A stretch of 61,873 nucleotides of DNA, filler included, from an uncultured virus (IMG/VR IMGVR_UViG_2049941000_000860) (lineage: Duplodnaviria > Heunggongvirae > Uroviricota > Caudoviricetes). It is 12 parts of one record of this genome, joined end to end, with 100 filler letters (N's around TTAATTAATTAA, not from the genome) between each part and the next. Parts side by side here need not be neighbours in the genome. Positions count along the whole stretch, not along the records: positions 47,274 to 61,873 come from IMGVR_UViG_2049941000_000860; 11 more parts are not named here. One strand, written 5' to 3'. A program made the translations under genes and the position numbers. The notes below the pieces were generated by a model, which saw only the letters and a program-made list of their open reading frames with translations, did no database searches and was not told the origin of the DNA. Shown in pieces: positions 56,734 through 61,873 of this stretch (its first letter is position 1; every line of letters starts with the position of its first letter).

Positions 56734-58717
56734 GCAAGCAGACGCCACGGCAGCGGACAGGAAGTCTGTAACCGTAGGGGCGCACAAACGCAAGGCGAAA
56801 CGAACGCTGGAGGAACTGTGCGCGGATCTGCCTGTGGAAGAGATCATATCCGACCTGCCCGAGAAGCAGAAGATAAGCGCGGACGGNNNNNNNNNNGAAC
56901 CCGGCTTAGTCTATTGAGAATTTAACATATATTCCCGAAAAAACCAAAAGGAATCAGTCGTACAGTCGTCGAAATATATATGTGTGCGCGGAGGACAAAA
57001 CCGCGTGAACATATGTGTGAAAGGACGGTGAGCGGCGTGGGCGAAGCGATGGTACCACAGGCGGTCGTAGACGCGCTTATACAGCAGATAACGTCGCTGC
57101 AGGCCACGATCGACCGGCTCACCGCGATCATAGAAGAAAAGAACCAGATCATACTGAACCAGAACCGTGCGAGATTCGGACAGAGCAGTGAGAAGCGCAC
57201 ATATATACTTAACGACGGTCAGCTGAGCCTGTTCGAGCGAGTCGGAGACGGAATAACGGATAAGGCACAGGCAGACGCTGCGGCAGAGGACGTGAAGTCT
57301 GTAACCGTAGGGGCGCACAAGCGAAAGGCGAAACGAACGCTGGAGGAACTGTGCGCGGATCTTCCTGTTGAAGAGATCATATCCGACCTGCCCGAGAAGC
57401 AGAAGATAAGCGCGGACGGATATCCGCTGAAATGTATCGGCATAGACGAAGTACGCACGGAACTTGTGCGGGAACCGAGCCGTATATTTGTGAGAAAGTA
57501 CTACTGCAGGAGTTACGCTGATCCGAGGGCGGAAGCCAGGACGGGTTACGCGGTGATAAAACGCGCGTATACACCGGCGCCGCTGCTGGAGCACAGTTAC
57601 GCGTCGGCATCGGTAGTGACAGACGTCATAATGAAGAAGTACGCGGACGCGCTGCCATTATACCGTCAGGAACAGATCTGGAAAAGGGAAGGCGTCGATC
57701 TCAAGCGCGGGACTATGGCTAANNNNNNNNNNGCAGATCTGGAAAAGGGAAGGCGTCGATCTCAAGCGCGGGACTATGGCTAACTGGGTGATACAGACCG
57801 CCGGAAAGTACCTGAGGCCCTTCAGCGACAGATTCCTGGAAGAATTACTGAAGCAGTCAGTGATACACGCGGATGAAACAGTACTGCAGGTGAACCGTGA
57901 ACCCGGAAGAGACGCCACTGATGAATCCCGCATATGGGCATACGCATCATCCAAGCGTTCGGAGAAACAGATAAGATACTTCCGCTACGAGGCGAGCCGG
58001 AAAGGCGCGTGCGCGGAAGAAGTACTTAGGGGTTTCAACGGAGTACTGGTCGCTGACGGTTACAGTGGATACAATGTGGTAAGCAGGGTCACCCGTGCCG
58101 GCTGCTGGGCGCATGCGAGACGAAAATGGCTGGAAGCCATGCCCAAAGAGGCGACCAAAGAAAACTCACTGGCCGCCAAAGGCCTCGAATACTGCTCAAG
58201 AGTGTTTGAATTGGAACGTGAATTCGAAAACCTGTCTGACGCCGAACGACGACGTCAGCGGCAGGAGCGTTCCAAACCAATAGTAGATGAATACTACGCC
58301 TGGATCGAGACGCTGTTCAAGCCGAGCGGAAAACTGAAAGACGCCATAACCTACGCCATAAGGCAGCGGGAATANNNNNNNNNNNNNNNNNNNNNNNNNN
58401 NNNNNNNNNNNNNNNNNNNNNNNNNNNNNNNNNNNNNNNNNNNNNNNNNNNNNNNNNNNNNNNNNNNNNNNNNNGGAGAACGCTATCCGACCCATCGTCG
58501 TAGGCAGGAAGAACTGGCTGTTCAGTGATACGCCTGACGGGGCACAGGCGAGCGCGGTCATATTCACTGTTTTGGAGACGGCAAAAATGAACGGTCTAAA
58601 CCCGGAAAAGTACATTGGACATCTGCTGACAGTACTGCCGGAGCGTTTCGCGCATGATCCAAAATCTTCGATCGACGACCTGCTGCCTTGGGCTGATGGG
58701 CTGAGGGAACTCTGCCA
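56734..58717 (+). mobile_element. IS66-family transposase TnpC (gapped, partly duplicated)
   Basis: RFGQSSE, KYADALPLYRQ, IHADET, ADGYSGY, GCWAHARRK, ENAIRPIVVGRKNWLF. Confidence 0.9.
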
Positions 58718-59051
58718 NNNNNNNNNNTTGATCTAACGCCGCCATCCTTGACAGAACCTTGAAAAACGCCAGATTGGAAGGTGCCGACGGCGAAGAACTC
58801 ATCAGCAAGACCGGTGTGTTTAGATTTATATGTTTCCGTGTCCAATTTTTGTTTACCATTAAGTACTTCAGCAAAAGTCCGTCTCTGACTGACATCTTAG
58901 ACAATTCCAGTCACTGACCGTCATAAACGCACAAGAATCCGTTGCTTTCCGAGTGGATCGTTTTGAGCAAAATCGGGTGGAATCCGGGGGAATCGAGTTT
59001 GAGGGCATAAAAAAGACCGGACTTGGATTGACAAGCCCGGACTTTATTACC

Positions 59052-59065
59052 GCGTGCCTGGAGGG
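59052..59065 (-). tRNA. Possible tRNA 3' end (Arg-like) marking the att core
   Basis: CCCTCCAGGCACGC resembles a T-arm plus acceptor 3' strand; truncated by a gap; adjacent to the att-arm-like sequence. Confidence 0.35.
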
Positions 59066-59075
59066 NNNNNNNNNN

Positions 59076-59702
59076 TATTGCGGACTGGAAGATCGGAAAC
59101 ATCATTAACGGCGAGGTCTACTGTCCTGTCTGCGGCGAGATCGTGATGGACGCGCTGAGCAGGCTGCTCGACAACCTGGACGAGATCAAAGCCCGTACGG
59201 AGAAGGGCATACGCATCCTCACGGAGGCGCTGCTCCTGTCCGGCATGACCATCATGATCATCGGCCACACCCGCGCCGTGGCTTCCGTAGAGCACAACGT
59301 GGCGCACTACTGGGAGATGATGCAGTTGCTGCACGGTAAGCTGCCGCCCAGTCACGGCTCATCGGTGGGCGTCGCAACGCTTCTGGTGCTGCCGGTGTTC
59401 AAGGCCTTTGCCAAAGAGGACCTGTCCCAAATCGATTTTGAAGCGATAAGGAAAAACCGTCTGGAACGGGAAGACAGGGTCCGCTGGATGTACCGTGCCT
59501 TCGAAAAGACGGCTGCCGAGTCCATCATGGCGGACAACGAAGGCGATTTCTTAAGCTGGGAGGAGCAGGCCCGGCGCGTAAGGACCGCGCAGGAAAGGTT
59601 CGAAGACATCCGCCGCGTGATAAACGAACTGCCCTCCCCGGAAAAGCTCGAAAGCGCCATGCGCTTCCTGGGCTGCGAAATGACGCCTGCGGACTGCGGC
59701 GT
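59076..59702 (+). CDS. sn-glycerol-1-phosphate dehydrogenase-like protein (host, partial)
   Basis: ADWK..NGE.YC, ASVEHNVAHYWEM, HGSSVGVAT. Confidence 0.75.
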
Positions 59703-59903
59703 NNNNNNNNNNNNNNNNNNNNNNNNNNNNNNNNNNNNNNNNNNNNNNNNNNNNNNNNNNNNNNNNNNNNNNNNNNNNNNNNNNNNNNNNNNNNNNNNNN
59801 NNNNNNNNNNNNNNNNNNNNNNNNNNNNNNNNNNNNNNNNNNNNNNNNNNNNNNNNNNNNNNNNNNNNNNNNNNNNNNNNNNNNNNNNNNNNNNNNNNNN
59901 NNN

Positions 59904-61168
59904 NCAGCGCCTTCGACGCCCGGCGCAAAAGCAACGCCACAATCAACGCGGCGGTGGAAAGCAGCGTCACGGGCATACGCGTGACGAAAGCGTATACCAA
60001 TTCAGAGCTGGAGATCGAAAAGTTCAACGTGGGGGACCGTGAATTTGTAAACGCTTCGCACAAGACCTATATGGCCATGGCAAAGTTCTTTGCGTCCACA
60101 TCGTTCGTCACCGACGTATTCAACGTGATCATTCTGATCGCCGGCGGCCTTTTCCTGTACGCGGACAAGATCACCTTCGGCGATTATTCCACGTTTATCG
60201 TTTCGGTCAATCTGTTCATAAGCCCTGTGAATACGCTGATCAATTTCATGGAGCAGTATCAGAACGGCGTTAGCGGTTTCAGGCGTTTTCTGGAGATCAT
60301 GGATGAACCCCCGGAGACGGACGCGCCGGATGCTAAGACGCTTGAAAACGTGCGCGGCGAGATCGATTTTGACAACGTCACTTATGCCTATGATCCCACC
60401 CTCGAGGTGCTGCACGACGTAACCCTTCATATAGAAAAAGGCAAAAAGCTTGCCCTGGTGGGCCCCTCCGGCGGCGGCAAGACCACCATATGCCACCTGC
60501 TTCCAAACTTTTACAAGCTCGAGGACGGTTCCGGTTCCATTCGCATCGACGGGCAGGATCTGCGCTCGCTGACACTGGAGTCCGTGCGCAAAAACATCGG
60601 CATCGTCCAGCAGGACGTGTTCCTGTTCGTTGGTTCCATAAGGGACAATATCATGTACGGCAAGCCTGACGCCACCGAAGAAGAGATGGTCGCCGCAGCC
60701 AAGCGCGCAAACATCCACGATTATATCATGACGCTGGAAAACGGCTACGATACGCAAATCGGCGAGAGAGGCGTGAAGCTCTCNNNNNNNNNNTATCGCG
60801 GGTGCAATCGTGCTGGCACTGTACATCATACGCATGCTGCTCAGGTTTTTCGTGCAATATTACGGGCACATCATCGGCGTAGGCATGCAGTCTCAGATGA
60901 GGCGCGACCTGTTCGCCCACCTGGAAAAGCTGCCATTCGGTTTTTACGACAATCACGAGACCGGACGCATCATGAGCCGTATGACCAGCGACCTTTTTGA
61001 GGTGTGCGAGCTTGCGCATCACGGCCCGGAAAATCTGCTGATCAGTTCGATCATGATCATCCTTTCCTTCTCGTACCTGCTCAGCATCCAACCCTGGCTC
61101 ACGATGATCGTGTTCGCTTGCGTTCCCATACTGGTATTCGTTACGCTGCATTTTCGCAGGCCTATGCG
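59904..61168 (+). CDS. ABC exporter (TMD+NBD), misordered fragments
   Basis: [40 protein letters not shown]. Confidence 0.9.
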
Positions 61169-61178
61169 NNNNNNNNNN

Positions 61179-61803
61179 CGGACGATTCTGGCAAGGGCTT
61201 TGAGCTTCAGAGCGTGCTGCCGATCGACGGCATCGGGAAGGGCTACTGCTGCATGGAATATGATGTAAATGGTGATCTGATCGCCTATGTTTACGATTGC
61301 AGGGATTGCGGGTGTCCAGCGGNNNNNNNNNNCAATACCTGGGGCCCCGCCAGGGTGCTGGATTACTCCAAAAAGGTTTTTGACGCGGGCGTTCACACGG
61401 CGCTCTGCGAAAAAGGCGTGTGTACTTCGGACGGTACGATCTGCCTTCTGTTTCAGATCACAGACGCTTCGCTGCCCATCGCCTGCGAGCCATGGAGTGA
61501 ACCCACATACATCTTCAGCCGCGATCAGGGCCATACATGGTCGTTCGCTTCCGCCGCCTGCGACGCGAAAGGCCGTATATACGATGCGAGGGCAAAAGGC
61601 GACAGGGTACAGTTCCTGATCAACCGCAACGAGCATTTCATCGGGACCGGCCCTGAGCATGACATTGCACTGTACGCCTTGGACGATCCTGGCAAAGGCT
61701 TTGAGCTTCAGAGCGTGCTGCCGATCGACGGCATCGGAAAGGGCTACTGCTGCATGGAATATGACGTAAACGGTGATCTGATCGCCTACGTTTACGATTG
61801 CAG
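61179..61803 (+). CDS. Sialidase/BNR-repeat protein fragments (host)
   Basis: SRDQGHTWS Asp-box; duplicated assembly pieces. Confidence 0.65.
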
Positions 61804-61873
61804 NNNNNNNNNNCGCAAGGCTAGGCGATGGGAATGAAGAGACAGCACCAACAGTCGAGAATAGCCTGATCAC

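Overview
This is a heavily gapped composite scaffold. It contains N-runs and artificial TTAATTAATTAA linkers, and many fragments are reordered or inverted, so adjacency across any gap is unreliable. It mostly holds at least three co-assembled alleles of a temperate HK97-type siphovirus prophage, probably from a Clostridia host (inference from gene content). Phage modules: tyrosine integrase/excisionase, family-A DNA polymerase, DUF2800 nuclease, primase-DUF3987, VRR-NUC, SNF2, MetK, DNA methylase, terminases, portal, ClpP, capsid, neck, tail, tape measure, Dit, Tal and tail fibre. Flanking fragments are host genes (radical SAM, ABC exporter, sialidase-like protein, G1P dehydrogenase) and an IS66. 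Main observations: (1) an array of co-oriented secreted and immunity-like genes, each preceded by a conserved ~60-90 bp repeat (core CCGGAAAAGTGTCACGGAATGGGCGCGGAAA), lying near att-arm-like sequences and orphan integrase 3' ends. (2) Three self-splicing introns in the late operon: group II introns in the portal and major tail genes, and a group I/HNH intron splitting a mini NrdD-like glycyl-radical gene. (3) A mosaic hypervariable Cys-rich/Ig-like surface protein in the slot downstream of the integrase, behind an attenuator-like leader. (4) A conserved inverted DnaA-box pair inside the head-closure gene. (5) AbiE and HigBA toxin-antitoxin morons. Family names come from motif recognition, not database searches.
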